64,000 bases of DNA from Acidimicrobiia bacterium (GCA_024421085.1 JAHQYN010000003.1:4721-68720), one strand, 5' to 3'; counted from the stretch's first letter, positions 36,987 to 47,509 are shown. The notes: a model not told the origin generated them from the sequence alone. Translations and numbers: made by a program.

Positions 36987-37778
36987 GTGCAGCACGCGAT
37001 ATTTGTGGCGCCGTTCGGGCCCTTCGCAGACCCCCATCGCCTCATGGACCTCGGTCGGGCCGTGGAGGAGTCAGGGTGGGACGGACTCTACCTGTGGGAC
37101 CATGTGCTGCGTCCCGAGAGCAACGAGATCATCGACACCTGGATCGCGCTGGCAGCCCTGGCAACGGCCACGCGGCGGCTCCGTCTCGGTCCGATGGTCA
37201 CACCGCTGCCGCGCCGCCGCCTGATCAAGCTGGTGCGGGAGGTGCTGACGGTCGATCTGCTGAGTGAGGGCCGCTTGACGCTCGGTGTCGGATCCGGCAC
37301 CGACACAGGCGGCGAACTGGCCCGTTTCGACGAGGTTATCGATCCGCGGATCCGCGGCCGGCATCTCGATGAGGGCCTCGGTATCGTTGACAGGCTGCTC
37401 AAGGGAGAGTTCGTGGTCCATTTCGGCGAGCATTTCACCGTGGACGGCGTGTCGGCGGAGCCCCCTACGGTGCAGCGGCCCCGCCCGCCGATCTGGTGCG
37501 CGGCCCGGGGCACCGCAATGAGACCGGTGCGCCGGGCGGCGCGCTACGAGGGGATGTTCCCGATCGAGGTGGACCGCGACAGCTTTCGTCGGGCTCTCGA
37601 CGAGGTAGTCGCGGTGCGCGGCAGCCTCGACGGGTTCGACGTCTGTCTGCGGACCGAGTTCGACGGTACACCGCCGTCGTTCGCAGACCAGGGAGCAACC
37701 TGGCTCCTGCGCTCCTTCCCGGCTGTGACAGACCCGGCGACCGTGTTCGACGCGGTGATCAGCGGCCCGCCGCGCTGA
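36987..37778 (+). CDS. LLM-class F420-dependent oxidoreductase
   Basis: Luciferase-like features (GWDGLYLWDHV..., LGVGSG...). Confidence 0.75.
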   Translation: MQHAIFVAPFGPFADPHRLMDLGRAVEESGWDGLYLWDHVLRPESNEIIDTWIALAALATATRRLRLGPMVTPLPRRRLIKLVREVLTVDLLSEGRLTLGVGSGTDTGGELARFDEVIDPRIRGRHLDEGLGIVDRLLKGEFVVHFGEHFTVDGVSAEPPTVQRPRPPIWCAARGTAMRPVRRAARYEGMFPIEVDRDSFRRALDEVVAVRGSLDGFDVCLRTEFDGTPPSFADQGATWLLRSFPAVTDPATVFDAVISGPPR

Positions 37779-37876
37779 GCGGTCAGACCCCTCGCATCCG
37801 CGTCTTCGGCGAGTCCGCAGCTGCGATGAACGGGTCGGGTTCGGGCGCGGCTGCTTCGGGCAGATAGATTGCGGCT

Positions 37877-39433
37877 GTGGTTGACCAGTCAATGAGCGCC
37901 AAGCTCGACGATCTTCGTGATCGCAAGGATCAAGCGCTGCGTGCAGGCTCTGAGCGCTCCGTCTCGCGCCAGCACAACAAAGGCAAGATGCTGGCCCGGG
38001 AGCGAATCGACTACCTGCTCGATGAGGGCTCTTTCAACGAACTCGACATGCTGGCCCGTCACCGGGCGCACGAAGCCGGACTGGCGGAGCGCCCCTACAC
38101 CGACGGGGTCATCACCGGTTGGGGAACCGTCGACGGGCGCAAGGTGTTCGTGTTCTCACAGGACTTCACGGTCATGGGTGGCGCGCTCGGTGAAGTCTTC
38201 GCGGAGAAACTCCACAAGGTGATGGACCTAGCGCTGGCCACCGGAGCGCCGATGATCGGGCTCAACGACGGTGCCGGTGCCCGTATCCAGGAGGGTGTCG
38301 TTTCGCTCGACGGCTACGGCGGCATCTTCTTCCGCAACGTCCAGGCCTCGGGGGTCATCCCGCAGATCTCGGTGATCCTCGGCCCCTGCGCCGGGGGCGC
38401 GGTCTACAGCCCGGCCATGACCGACTTCATTTTGATGGTGCGCGAGAAGTCGCACATGTTCATCACCGGTCCCGACGTCGTGAAGACGGTCACCGGTGAG
38501 GAGGTGTCGCTCGAGGAGCTCGGCGGAGCGGGCAGTCACGCCAGCAAGTCGGGCGTCGCCACGTTCGTCGCCGACTCCGAGGAGCAGGTGCTCGACGAGG
38601 TCAAGGACCTGTTGAGTTTCCTGCCGTCCAACAATCTCGATCAGACCCCCCGGGTCGAGTCCAGCGACGATCCTGACCGCCTCTGCCCCGAACTCGACGA
38701 GATCCTGCCGGACAGCCCCAACGTGCCCTACGACATGAAGCTGGTGATCGCCTCCGTTGTCGACGACGGCGACTTCATGGAGTACCACGCCAGTTGGGGT
38801 CGCAGCATCACCTGCGGTTTCGCCCGTGTGGACGGACGGGCCGTCGGCGTCGTCGGCAACCAGCCGATGATGCTGGCCGGCGTGCTCGACATCGACTCGT
38901 CGGAGAAGGCCGCCCGCTTCGTTCGCACCTGCGACGCCTTCAACATCCCGCTGCTGACCTTCGTTGACGTCCCCGGCTTCCTGCCCGGTGTCGACCAGGA
39001 GTACGGGGGCATCATCCGGCACGGGGCGAAACTCCTGTACGCCTACTGCGAGGCGACCGTGCCGCGCATCCAGGTCATTACCCGCAAGGCGTACGGCGGT
39101 GCCTATGTGGTGATGGACTCGAAATCGGTGGGTTCAGACCTGTCGTTCGCCTGGCCGACCGCAGAGCTCGCGGTGATGGGCCCGCAGGGCGCGGTGGAGA
39201 TTCTCTACCGACGTGAACTGGCAGACGCGGCCGACGCGGACTCGCGCCGCACCGAGCTGATCGACGATTACACCGACCGTTTGGCGAATCCCTATGTCGC
39301 CGCCGAGCGCGGCTATGTGGACGACGTGATCGAGCCGTCGCAGACCCGCCAGAAGGTCGTGGCAGGGTTCCAGTTGCTCGAGTCGAAACGCGAGGAGTTG
39401 CCGGAGCGCAAGCACGGCAACGTGCCCCTGTAG
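37877..39433 (+). CDS. accD: acyl-CoA carboxylase carboxyltransferase (beta) subunit, AccD5/PccB type
   Basis: Full-length carboxyltransferase domain pair, with a typical ...KHGNVPL C-terminus. Confidence 0.9.
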   Translation: MVDQSMSAKLDDLRDRKDQALRAGSERSVSRQHNKGKMLARERIDYLLDEGSFNELDMLARHRAHEAGLAERPYTDGVITGWGTVDGRKVFVFSQDFTVMGGALGEVFAEKLHKVMDLALATGAPMIGLNDGAGARIQEGVVSLDGYGGIFFRNVQASGVIPQISVILGPCAGGAVYSPAMTDFILMVREKSHMFITGPDVVKTVTGEEVSLEELGGAGSHASKSGVATFVADSEEQVLDEVKDLLSFLPSNNLDQTPRVESSDDPDRLCPELDEILPDSPNVPYDMKLVIASVVDDGDFMEYHASWGRSITCGFARVDGRAVGVVGNQPMMLAGVLDIDSSEKAARFVRTCDAFNIPLLTFVDVPGFLPGVDQEYGGIIRHGAKLLYAYCEATVPRIQVITRKAYGGAYVVMDSKSVGSDLSFAWPTAELAVMGPQGAVEILYRRELADAADADSRRTELIDDYTDRLANPYVAAERGYVDDVIEPSQTRQKVVAGFQLLESKREELPERKHGNVPL

Positions 39434-39471
39434 GGGCGCTCAAGGCCGACCGCCGCGAGTAGTGTGGACTC

Positions 39472-42294
39472 ATGGTCGCCGCCGACACCGATACTTGGGA
39501 CTACCCCGGCGCACGCTGGTGGAGGTTTGATTTTCACACACACACGCCGGCTTCGTGCGACTATCGGAACAACGAGGTGAGACACGACGAGTGGCTGCTG
39601 GGATTCATGCGAGCCGGCATTGATTGCGTCGCCGTCACAGATCACAACTCCTGCGCTTGGGTGGACGGGCTCAAATCGGCACTGGTCCGGATCGAAGAGG
39701 AACGGCACCCTGACTTCCGGCGACTTCATCTTTTTCCTGGTGTCGAAATCACCGCGAACGACGGTACACATGTGCTCGCTCTCTTCGATCCGAGCAGGGC
39801 ATCAAGCGACGTGGACCGACTATTGGGCGCAGTGGGCTACCAAGGAGTTTCAGGCAAGAGCGATCGGGCCGCCGACAGCTCGGTGGCCCAGATCGGGAAA
39901 GTAGTCGGTGAACACGGGGGCATTGCAATCCCCGCCCACGTTGACCAAGCCCGGGGCCTGTGGCGGATGCCGGGAAATACGCTGAAGCCGGTGCTAACCG
40001 CTAATTCCGTGTTCGCTGTCGAAGTCGTGGACCCGACCGAAGCGAAACCAGACCTCGTCCACCAGCACGCGTCGCACTGGGCAGAAGTGCTCGGCTCGGA
40101 TACGCATGGTCTCGCCGGAGGAGCCGTTAACGTGCCGGGGTCCCGCTACACATGGATAAAGATGGAACGGCCGTCCATTGAGGGTCTACGCTTGGCGCTG
40201 CTTGACGGTATAGGGTTCTCTGTTCGGCGGAGCGACGACCCGGATCAACCCGACCAATCCTTGCCCAAGCATCATGTGAAAGCGATCTCTATTTCCAAAG
40301 CGCGGTTGATGGGGAACGGAGAACCTGTCAAGCTTGAATTCAGCCCGTGGCTCAACGTGCTCGTCGGCGGTCGCGGGACTGGCAAGTCGACTGTTCTGAA
40401 CTGTACGCGACTCGCCGCGAGACGCGAGGCCGACCTGGACCGACTCGATGAAAACAGCATTTCCAGGAGCACGTTTGATCGATTCAACAATGTACCGCGC
40501 ACCCGCGACGACGATGGAGGCCTCAGGGAAGACACCCGCATCGAGTTGGTGGTTTCACGAGACAGTGTGACCCATCGGATTAGTTGGGATCAAGCGCCGA
40601 AGCCTGATGCTAATGTTGTCGAGACTCAGGATGATGAGCACGAATGGACCGCTTCAACCTCGCAAATAGTCAATGCCGATCGATTTCCCATTCGGGTGTT
40701 CAACCAAGGCCAAATTGCCGAATTAGCAAGCGACAACCAGGCTGCGCTGCTGGACCTGATCGATGAAGGTGCGAGCAGCGAAGACTGCCAACGTAAGCTG
40801 GAAACGGCGCGTCGCACATTCTTAGCTACACGTGCACGAATTCGCGAGATTCAGGTTGAACTAGAGCGGACCGAGGAGGTGAAGGTCGCTCTTGAGGACA
40901 CTGTTCGGGCGCTCTCGCGGATCGAGGAAGCGGGATACGCAACCGCGTTTCAGGCCTTTCGTGAAACTGAACGTCAGGAACGCGAGATTGAACGGCATTT
41001 CGCTGTCGCAGAGCAATCGGTCACCCAAATCGACCGGGTCGCCGATCAGATTCAATCTGAAGACATTCTGGAGGCCGTCTTTGATGAAAATCCCAGCAAT
41101 GGCAGTGAGCGCTCTGCACTAGACATTGTGGAATCGCTGCGCTGTGTTGTTGACGATGCCAAGACGGCACTGCGCGAAGCAAGCGCCGCTGCGCACGGAG
41201 TCATCAAGCAACAGCGGGAGACGTTGCAGACGAGTCCGTGGCGTTCCAAAACAAGACAGGCGCAGGCTGCGTACGATCTAGCAGTAGAGACACTCGCACA
41301 AGCTGGCCTCGGCGACGCCAGATCGCATGCTGAATTGGTTCAGGAGCACCAGGAGTTGAATTCCGAACGGGACCGCCTCGCCGAACTGCGTCTAGAACTC
41401 GGCGAGACGCAAGAGCGAGCGAACGAACAATTGGGAGAGCTGCTCCAGGCTCGTCGCGCGCTTAGTGATGTCCGATCGAAGTTCCTTAGCGAAACCCTCG
41501 CGCATAGTGATTACGTGCAAATCCGGCTTGTGCCGTATGGTGACAATCCACGAACGATCGCGCGCTCGCTGAGAGACGCCCTCGGTATCGCCGACGATCA
41601 TCGATTCCTTGATGATATCGGCAACACGGATGAATCAAGTTCCGACTCGGGTCTTGTACACGGTTTGATCGACAGTCTTCCCCGAGATCCCGAAGAGCGA
41701 CGCATCGAGTTTGAGAAGCGGTTGGAGTCGACGCGTCAAGAGATTGTCGAGTCCGTCGAGAGCGATGAAGGATTCGGCGGGCACTTTATCAACTATCTCC
41801 AACGTCAACACGATCGCAGCGAGGATTTCGTAGATCGGATGCTGACGTGGTTTCCACCAGACAGCCTGAATGTGAAGCACAGCCTCGCTGCCGATGGAAA
41901 AGAGTTCAGGCCGATCGGGCAGGGTTCAGCAGGTCAGCGATCCGCCGCAATGTTGGCATTCTTGCTTGCGCACGGTGATGAACCGCTGGTGCTCGACCAA
42001 CCTGAGGACGACTTGGACAACCAACTCATCTTCGACCTCGTTGTCAGGCAGATGAGCGAAAACAAGTTGCGCCGCCAGATCATCGTCGTTACTCATAATC
42101 CAAACATCGTGGTGAACGGCGATGCCGAGATGCTGCACGTTTTTGACTTCAAGAACGGCCAGTGCATCGTCGCGGAATCAGGTTCACTGCAGAATGTCGA
42201 GATGCGTGAGCAGGTATGCAAGGTTGTGGAAGGTGGCCGGTTCGCCCTTGAACAGCGGTATCGGCGGCTGGAAGCAGGTCGCTTCAATGCTTGA
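39472..42294 (+). CDS. PHP-domain phosphoesterase fused to a Rad50/SMC-like ABC ATPase (940 aa)
   Basis: PHP motifs FDFHTHTPAS, VAVTDHN, IPAHVD, GSDTHG. Walker A GGRGTGKST (40366-40392). A long helical spacer, a signature-like SAGQRS, Walker B LVLDQPEDDLD, and VVTHNPN. Confidence 0.85.
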   Translation: MVAADTDTWDYPGARWWRFDFHTHTPASCDYRNNEVRHDEWLLGFMRAGIDCVAVTDHNSCAWVDGLKSALVRIEEERHPDFRRLHLFPGVEITANDGTHVLALFDPSRASSDVDRLLGAVGYQGVSGKSDRAADSSVAQIGKVVGEHGGIAIPAHVDQARGLWRMPGNTLKPVLTANSVFAVEVVDPTEAKPDLVHQHASHWAEVLGSDTHGLAGGAVNVPGSRYTWIKMERPSIEGLRLALLDGIGFSVRRSDDPDQPDQSLPKHHVKAISISKARLMGNGEPVKLEFSPWLNVLVGGRGTGKSTVLNCTRLAARREADLDRLDENSISRSTFDRFNNVPRTRDDDGGLREDTRIELVVSRDSVTHRISWDQAPKPDANVVETQDDEHEWTASTSQIVNADRFPIRVFNQGQIAELASDNQAALLDLIDEGASSEDCQRKLETARRTFLATRARIREIQVELERTEEVKVALEDTVRALSRIEEAGYATAFQAFRETERQEREIERHFAVAEQSVTQIDRVADQIQSEDILEAVFDENPSNGSERSALDIVESLRCVVDDAKTALREASAAAHGVIKQQRETLQTSPWRSKTRQAQAAYDLAVETLAQAGLGDARSHAELVQEHQELNSERDRLAELRLELGETQERANEQLGELLQARRALSDVRSKFLSETLAHSDYVQIRLVPYGDNPRTIARSLRDALGIADDHRFLDDIGNTDESSSDSGLVHGLIDSLPRDPEERRIEFEKRLESTRQEIVESVESDEGFGGHFINYLQRQHDRSEDFVDRMLTWFPPDSLNVKHSLAADGKEFRPIGQGSAGQRSAAMLAFLLAHGDEPLVLDQPEDDLDNQLIFDLVVRQMSENKLRRQIIVVTHNPNIVVNGDAEMLHVFDFKNGQCIVAESGSLQNVEMREQVCKVVEGGRFALEQRYRRLEAGRFNA

Positions 42295-43573
42295 CAATCG
42301 CGGTGAATTGCTTGAGGCGATTCGACTGGGCGAGACCAGCTTTCTTGAACTCAAAGAAGTACGCTTCTCAGGACTCAAGGTTGCAGGCCCGTCTCGCGAT
42401 GATCTGGCGGATGAAATCGCGGCATTCGCGAACAGCCGGGGCGGAGTACTCGTTCTCGGAGTAGAGGACAGCTCCCGTGACATCATCGGTGTCCCCGATG
42501 ACAGGCTTGATGCTGTTGTCAACTTCGCGAAGGAAATTTGCAACGACTCCATCACTCCGCCGGTCGAGCAGTTCGTGTTGGATCGAGTGTCGCTGCCTTC
42601 CGCTACCGGGCGCATGGCAAGCGTCGTGAAACTTGAGGTGCCACGGAGCCTCTTTGTGCACCGTAGCCCGGGGGGATACTGGCATCGTGCCGGTGACTCG
42701 AAACGAATCATGACGCCAGATTTGTTGGCTCGGCTCTTTCAACAACGCAGTCAGACGCGGCTGATCCGGTTTGATGAGCAAGCCGTGACCAACGCGCGCA
42801 TCGGTGATCTCTCAGAGGAGTTGTGGGCGCGATTCCGCACCCCGCGTTCGGACCATGAACCGGAAACGTTCTTGGCCAAACTCGGTATGGCCGTGCGAGC
42901 CCACGATGGCGCTGTCAGGCCGTCAGTTGCGGGAGTTCTGATAGGCAGCGACGCACCCGAACAATGGTTACCGAACGCATATGTGCAAGCAGTGGCGTAT
43001 CGGGGCACGTCGGTCCTCCCCGAAAGCGTCGCCATGAACTATCAACTCGACGCGTCTGACTTCACTGGACCGTTGGATCGGCAGGTCATCGAGGCCAGTC
43101 GATTCGTCTCCAAGAACATGCGTCAGGGCGCATCCAAGGTAGTCGGACGTGTCGACGAACCCCAATTCGACATGGCTGCCGTATTCGAGGCGTTGGTGAA
43201 CGCTGTCGCTCACCGAGACTACGCGATCCACGGAGCGAAGATACGGCTGCGCCTCTTCGATGACAGACTGGAACTGTTCTCGCCCGGTGCGTTGGCGAAC
43301 TCGTTGACAGTCGACTCGTTGCGGTACCGCCAGACGGCGCGCAACGAAACGGTATGCAGTCTGCTGACGCGATGTACCGCGCCTGACGAGCCGTGGTTGA
43401 CCATCGGTCGTGCACACCTGATGGAAAAACGCGGCGAGGGAGTGCCGATAATACTCGACAGCAGCACGGCGCTCTCGGGGCGCGAACCCGAATACCGCGT
43501 GCTCGACGATGCGGAGCTGATGCTGACCATACACTCCGCGAACAAGAACCCATCGGTGGCTGACGGTGGTTGA
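42287..43573 (+). CDS. AlbA_2 (Schlafen-like) domain protein with C-terminal HATPase_c_4-like domain
   Basis: ETSFLELKEV...EIAAFANSRGGVLVLGVEDSSRDIIGV (AlbA_2) and VFEALVNAVAHRDYAIHGAKIRLRLFDDRLELFSPGAL. Start reset to MLDNRGELL, overlapping the upstream stop by 8 nt. Confidence 0.8.
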   Translation: MLDNRGELLEAIRLGETSFLELKEVRFSGLKVAGPSRDDLADEIAAFANSRGGVLVLGVEDSSRDIIGVPDDRLDAVVNFAKEICNDSITPPVEQFVLDRVSLPSATGRMASVVKLEVPRSLFVHRSPGGYWHRAGDSKRIMTPDLLARLFQQRSQTRLIRFDEQAVTNARIGDLSEELWARFRTPRSDHEPETFLAKLGMAVRAHDGAVRPSVAGVLIGSDAPEQWLPNAYVQAVAYRGTSVLPESVAMNYQLDASDFTGPLDRQVIEASRFVSKNMRQGASKVVGRVDEPQFDMAAVFEALVNAVAHRDYAIHGAKIRLRLFDDRLELFSPGALANSLTVDSLRYRQTARNETVCSLLTRCTAPDEPWLTIGRAHLMEKRGEGVPIILDSSTALSGREPEYRVLDDAELMLTIHSANKNPSVADGG

Positions 43574-43580
43574 GCACTCA

Positions 43581-43661
43581 ATGAACGTCAAACGCGACGA
43601 TCTTCGTGAACGCAGGGACCAAGCATTGAGCGCGGGCTCGCAGATCGGACCGTTGCGATGA
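43581..43661 (+). pseudogene. 26-codon relic of a second accD-like carboxyltransferase gene
   Basis: MNVKRDDLRERRDQALSAGSQ resembles the AccD N-terminus [21 protein letters not shown] at 37892. The terminal IGPLR* resembles GNVPL*. Its stop overlaps the accE ATG (ATGA). Confidence 0.4.
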
Positions 43662-43828
43662 TCGAGGTCTCACCGGCACCGACTGAGGAGGAGGCGGCAG
43701 CCATTCTGGCGGCCTACGAACTGTTGTGGCCCCGACCTGGCGCTGCCAACCCCCCGCAGCCCGTGTCTCGATGGCGTTTCGCGGGTCGCCGCTGGTCTAC
43801 CCGCCCCGGTCACGGCGGTTGGACATAA
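43658..43828 (+). CDS. accE: acyl-CoA carboxylase epsilon subunit (56 aa; shorter than any ORF listed in the track)
   Basis: MIEVSPAPTEEEAAAILAAYELLW...SRWRFAGRRWSTRPGHGGWT resembles epsilon subunits (PTxEELAA... then Trp/Arg-rich tail). Confidence 0.6.
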   Translation: MIEVSPAPTEEEAAAILAAYELLWPRPGAANPPQPVSRWRFAGRRWSTRPGHGGWT

Positions 43829-43939
43829 CCGTTCACCACTGTTCAGCCGACCGGGCCGACTCAGCCGGAGGCCAGCAGTTCCAGAATCGCCGGTCCGCAG
43901 GTCAGAGGCCGGTTGCATCCAACTCTGGTTCTTGCGGAC

Positions 43940-44893
43940 TCAGTCCGCTGACCGGATCTGGGAGCGCAGGTCGGCGAGCCAACGGGCGGATTCTTTGGTG
44001 CCGACACGGTTGTTCTCCTGCTCCTCCTCGGTCCCGTAGGCAGACGGGTAGGAACCTAGGAACTTCACGACGTGTCGCTGCTGGTGGAGACTGCGCAGAG
44101 CGTCGCCGACCACTTCGTTGGCAATGTGGCCTTCGCAGTCGATCAGGAAGCAGTAGTCGCCGAGCGCGCTTCGGGTCGGCCGACTCTCCAGCTTGGTGAG
44201 GTTGATGCGGCGTGCCGCGAACTCTTGCAGAATGCTGATCAGCGAGCCTGGTTGATCAGCCCGTTGGAAGACCACGATCGAAGTCTTGTCGTGACCGGTC
44301 GGTTCGCTGATGCCCTCGCTGGCGACGAGCACGAAGCGGGTCTGGTTGTCGGGGTGGTCTTCAATGTCCGCCGCCAACGTCTCGAGTCCGTAGACCTCGG
44401 CGGCGCGTTGCGGAGCGATCGCGGCCGTGTCCCGCCGTTGCGATTCTGCCAGTTCACGGGCGGCGTCCGCCGTGGAGTTCGTTGCCTCAATGGTCGCCCA
44501 CGACATTTTGTTGCGCAGGAACTGACGGCACTGCGCGTAGGCCATCGGGAAGGAACGGACAGTCTTGACGCCATCTAGGCGCACCCCGGGCTGCACCAGC
44601 AGATTGAGGTTGATGTTGATCACCACTTCGCGCTGAATCAGCAGGTCGGCATCGAAGGCGAGTGTGTCGATCGTGGCGTTGACCGATCCTTCGATCATGT
44701 TCTCGATCGCCGCGAAGCCGTAGTCGATCCCCCCAGTCTCCGTTGCAGTCAGCACATCAACGATCGAACCGAACCGACGGTGGTTCATCTCCACGAGGTC
44801 GGGCTGGGTGTGGAGCGCCTGTTCGGTGAAGGTGCCGCGCGGTCCGAGGTAGCACACGACCGGCTTGTCCAACGGCGATTCGTTCACGCCCAA
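43940..44893 (-). CDS. pheA: prephenate dehydratase
   Basis: YLGPRGTFTEQA, plus an ACT domain with TKLESRPT. Confidence 0.9.
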   Translation of the reverse strand: MGVNESPLDKPVVCYLGPRGTFTEQALHTQPDLVEMNHRRFGSIVDVLTATETGGIDYGFAAIENMIEGSVNATIDTLAFDADLLIQREVVININLNLLVQPGVRLDGVKTVRSFPMAYAQCRQFLRNKMSWATIEATNSTADAARELAESQRRDTAAIAPQRAAEVYGLETLAADIEDHPDNQTRFVLVASEGISEPTGHDKTSIVVFQRADQPGSLISILQEFAARRINLTKLESRPTRSALGDYCFLIDCEGHIANEVVGDALRSLHQQRHVVKFLGSYPSAYGTEEEQENNRVGTKESARWLADLRSQIRSAD

Positions 44894-44949
44894 AGGATAG
44901 GACGACAGGAGCGTCAGACCTATCGACCCCTGCGGCTACCGTTGTCGGC

Positions 44950-46563
44950 ATGGACGATCTGGGACCTGCCGATCCGGTCCCGAAGAATCGACCCTGGGTT
45001 GGCGGTGCGGGCCGTCTTGGCGATTTTGTCCACCGCCAACGCATGAATCTGTCGTTGGTTCCTCTGGGATTCCTGATTCAGCTGCCGCTATGGGTGATGT
45101 TGCGAGAACCGGCCAACACCATGGAAGAGGGCACGCTGCTCATCGGTGGTGAGCTCGTGACGCGGGGTTGGACTCCCCACGGAGACTTCGAGCACCTCTA
45201 CGGTCCCGCCGATCTGTGGACCCTGGCCGCAGCATTCTCGGTATTCGGCGTGTCGATCACTGTCGAGCGAATCGTCGGGCTGCTGTACCGGCTCGTCTTG
45301 GTCGGGTCGATCTATGCGATTGCCAGGCGCTGGGGAACGGGTGTCGCGACAGCCGCGGCCGGGTTGGCCTGGTTGTTGATCGCCCCTTTCGGTTTGATCG
45401 CCTATTCCTGGGTTGCGGCGCTGGCCTTCGGTGTCGCCAGCCTGGCAGTGGCACTCGATGCCAGCGAGAGTTCACGGCGATGGCTGGCAGCGGGGCTGCT
45501 GGCGGGCGTTGCCCTGCTCTTCCGTGCCGACTTCATACTTGCGCTGGGGTTGGGGGTCGGGCCGCTGGTCTGGTCAGCGGGCCGCGAACAGAGGCTGCGG
45601 TTCATAGCGGGTCTGGGTGGGGGTGCGGTCGGGTACATCGTTCATCTCGCTACGGCAGGACCGGTGGCGGTGATCGAGGGAATGTTCATCGATCCGGTGA
45701 TCAGGCTCCGTTCAGGGCGGCGGCTCCCGATTCCGCCGAACTCGGAGACCGCCGACGAGTTCTTCGCCAGGCTCGACGACTTCATCCGTGGACCCGACAG
45801 TCTGCCCGGTCTGGGTCCCCCAGCGCAGATCACCGCGCTGTTCTGGGTGACGCTGCTGGCCGCGGCTCTGACGGTCTGGCTGGCGCGACGCGACCGTTGG
45901 CTGCTCGCCTTCTCCTTGTTGGCGGCGGGAACCGTTCCCCAACTGCTGCAGCGGCCGACTCCCAATCACATCAAGTTCGTGGGAGTGCTGATCTTCCCCG
46001 CTCTGGCGATCGCGCTGGCCCGTCGACTCAGATGGCGAACGGTGAGTGGACTGGCGGCGGTCTGGGTCTTTGCGTGTCTGGTCACGATCGCGCCGCACTA
46101 CATGGGTCGCGTCACGTTCGAGAATTATCTTGAATCGGAGCTTGGAATCGAGGCGACGTTCGCCGGCCGAAGCGTCACCGTGGACGTGGACGATGCTGCC
46201 GACCTGCTGAGCATCTTGACGGCCCTCGACAACTCCGCGGAGCCGGGCGACAGCGTGTTCGTGGGCCCCGAGACGCTGGCTCGCACCAACTACTCCGAGA
46301 CGTTCCTGTACCACCTGCTTGTTGACTACGAGCCCGCCTCGTACCACATCCAGATGAACCCCGGGCTGGCGAACAGGGAGGGAGGCCGTCTCGCCGCCGA
46401 CATCGAACGGGCTGACTGGCTGATCTTGACGGACTTGTTCGAGGGCTGGTCCGAACCCAACAGCTCGACCACCGACGGGGACCTGCGCGCCGACGCGGTG
46501 GTCGAATCGTCGTTCTGTGAGGTTGCGTCGTTCGGCCCGCGCACCCTCTACAGGAACTGCTGA
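44950..46563 (+). CDS. polytopic membrane protein, GT-C-like glycosyltransferase (putative)
   Basis: Multiple TM segments and a C-terminal soluble domain. Start uncertain (ATG 45043 is an alternative). The assignment is weak. Confidence 0.5.
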   Translation: MDDLGPADPVPKNRPWVGGAGRLGDFVHRQRMNLSLVPLGFLIQLPLWVMLREPANTMEEGTLLIGGELVTRGWTPHGDFEHLYGPADLWTLAAAFSVFGVSITVERIVGLLYRLVLVGSIYAIARRWGTGVATAAAGLAWLLIAPFGLIAYSWVAALAFGVASLAVALDASESSRRWLAAGLLAGVALLFRADFILALGLGVGPLVWSAGREQRLRFIAGLGGGAVGYIVHLATAGPVAVIEGMFIDPVIRLRSGRRLPIPPNSETADEFFARLDDFIRGPDSLPGLGPPAQITALFWVTLLAAALTVWLARRDRWLLAFSLLAAGTVPQLLQRPTPNHIKFVGVLIFPALAIALARRLRWRTVSGLAAVWVFACLVTIAPHYMGRVTFENYLESELGIEATFAGRSVTVDVDDAADLLSILTALDNSAEPGDSVFVGPETLARTNYSETFLYHLLVDYEPASYHIQMNPGLANREGGRLAADIERADWLILTDLFEGWSEPNSSTTDGDLRADAVVESSFCEVASFGPRTLYRNC

Positions 46564-46639
46564 CCGCAGCTGTCGACAGGAGCAGGCAGGAGCGGTCGGC
46601 CCCATAGCGCAGCACGGGGTTGGCGGGTAGTATCGAGTC

Positions 46640-47509
46640 ATGGTCGATACGGCCACCCATGACCAGCTTGTAGCCGAAATGACCGGCGGGCTGGCGCCCA
46701 GCGAAGCTGACCTTCCACCGTTTGCAGGGTCGGATCCTACCGAGCCTTCTGGTGAACCCTCGTCCGCTAGACTTGGTGTCCCAGTGACCTTCTCAACCTC
46801 CCCGCGGTTTTACTTTCGTCAGCTGCTGTCGGGTCGCGACTTTGCCACCAACGATCCCATCGCCGCGCAGATGGTCAACTTCGTGTATGCGATCGGAGAC
46901 CGTCAGAGCGGTGAGGCGGTGCTGGTCGATCCGGCCTACGACGTTGAGGGTCTGCTCGGCGTGCTTGCCGCCGACGACATGCGCTGCGCCGGTGTGCTGG
47001 CCACGCACTACCACCCCGACCACGTCGGCGGAGCAATGATGGGCATGCAACTAGAGGGTGTCGCCGAACTGTTGGAGCAGGTGGACGTGCCCATCCACAT
47101 CCAGGCGCCGGAAGCTGAGTTCGTACGCACGGTCACGGGTTTGACCGACGCCGCTCTGGTGCAGCATCAGAGCGGCGACGTCGTGTCGGTCGGAGCCGTC
47201 GACATCGAACTGATCTGCACACCTGGCCATACCCCGGGCAGCCAGTGTTTCCTGGTCGACGGCCGGTTGGTGGCAGGCGACACGCTCTTCCTCGACGGCT
47301 GTGGACGCATGGACCTCCCCGGGTCAGACCCCGCGCAGATGTATGAGAGCCTGACCCAGAAGCTGGCCAAGGTACCCGACGATGCCGTGCTGTATCCCGG
47401 TCACCGCTATTCGTTGGAGTCGTCGGCGACCATGGGTGTCACTCGCGAGCGCAACGTGGTGTTCCGCCCCAAGACCCGCCAACAGTGGCTCGCAGCCTTC
47501 GGAGGTTAA
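46640..47509 (+). CDS. MBL-fold metallo-hydrolase (glyoxalase II-like)
   Basis: ATHYHPDHVGG (HxHxDH) and later His/Asp ligands. Confidence 0.85.
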   Translation: MVDTATHDQLVAEMTGGLAPSEADLPPFAGSDPTEPSGEPSSARLGVPVTFSTSPRFYFRQLLSGRDFATNDPIAAQMVNFVYAIGDRQSGEAVLVDPAYDVEGLLGVLAADDMRCAGVLATHYHPDHVGGAMMGMQLEGVAELLEQVDVPIHIQAPEAEFVRTVTGLTDAALVQHQSGDVVSVGAVDIELICTPGHTPGSQCFLVDGRLVAGDTLFLDGCGRMDLPGSDPAQMYESLTQKLAKVPDDAVLYPGHRYSLESSATMGVTRERNVVFRPKTRQQWLAAFGG

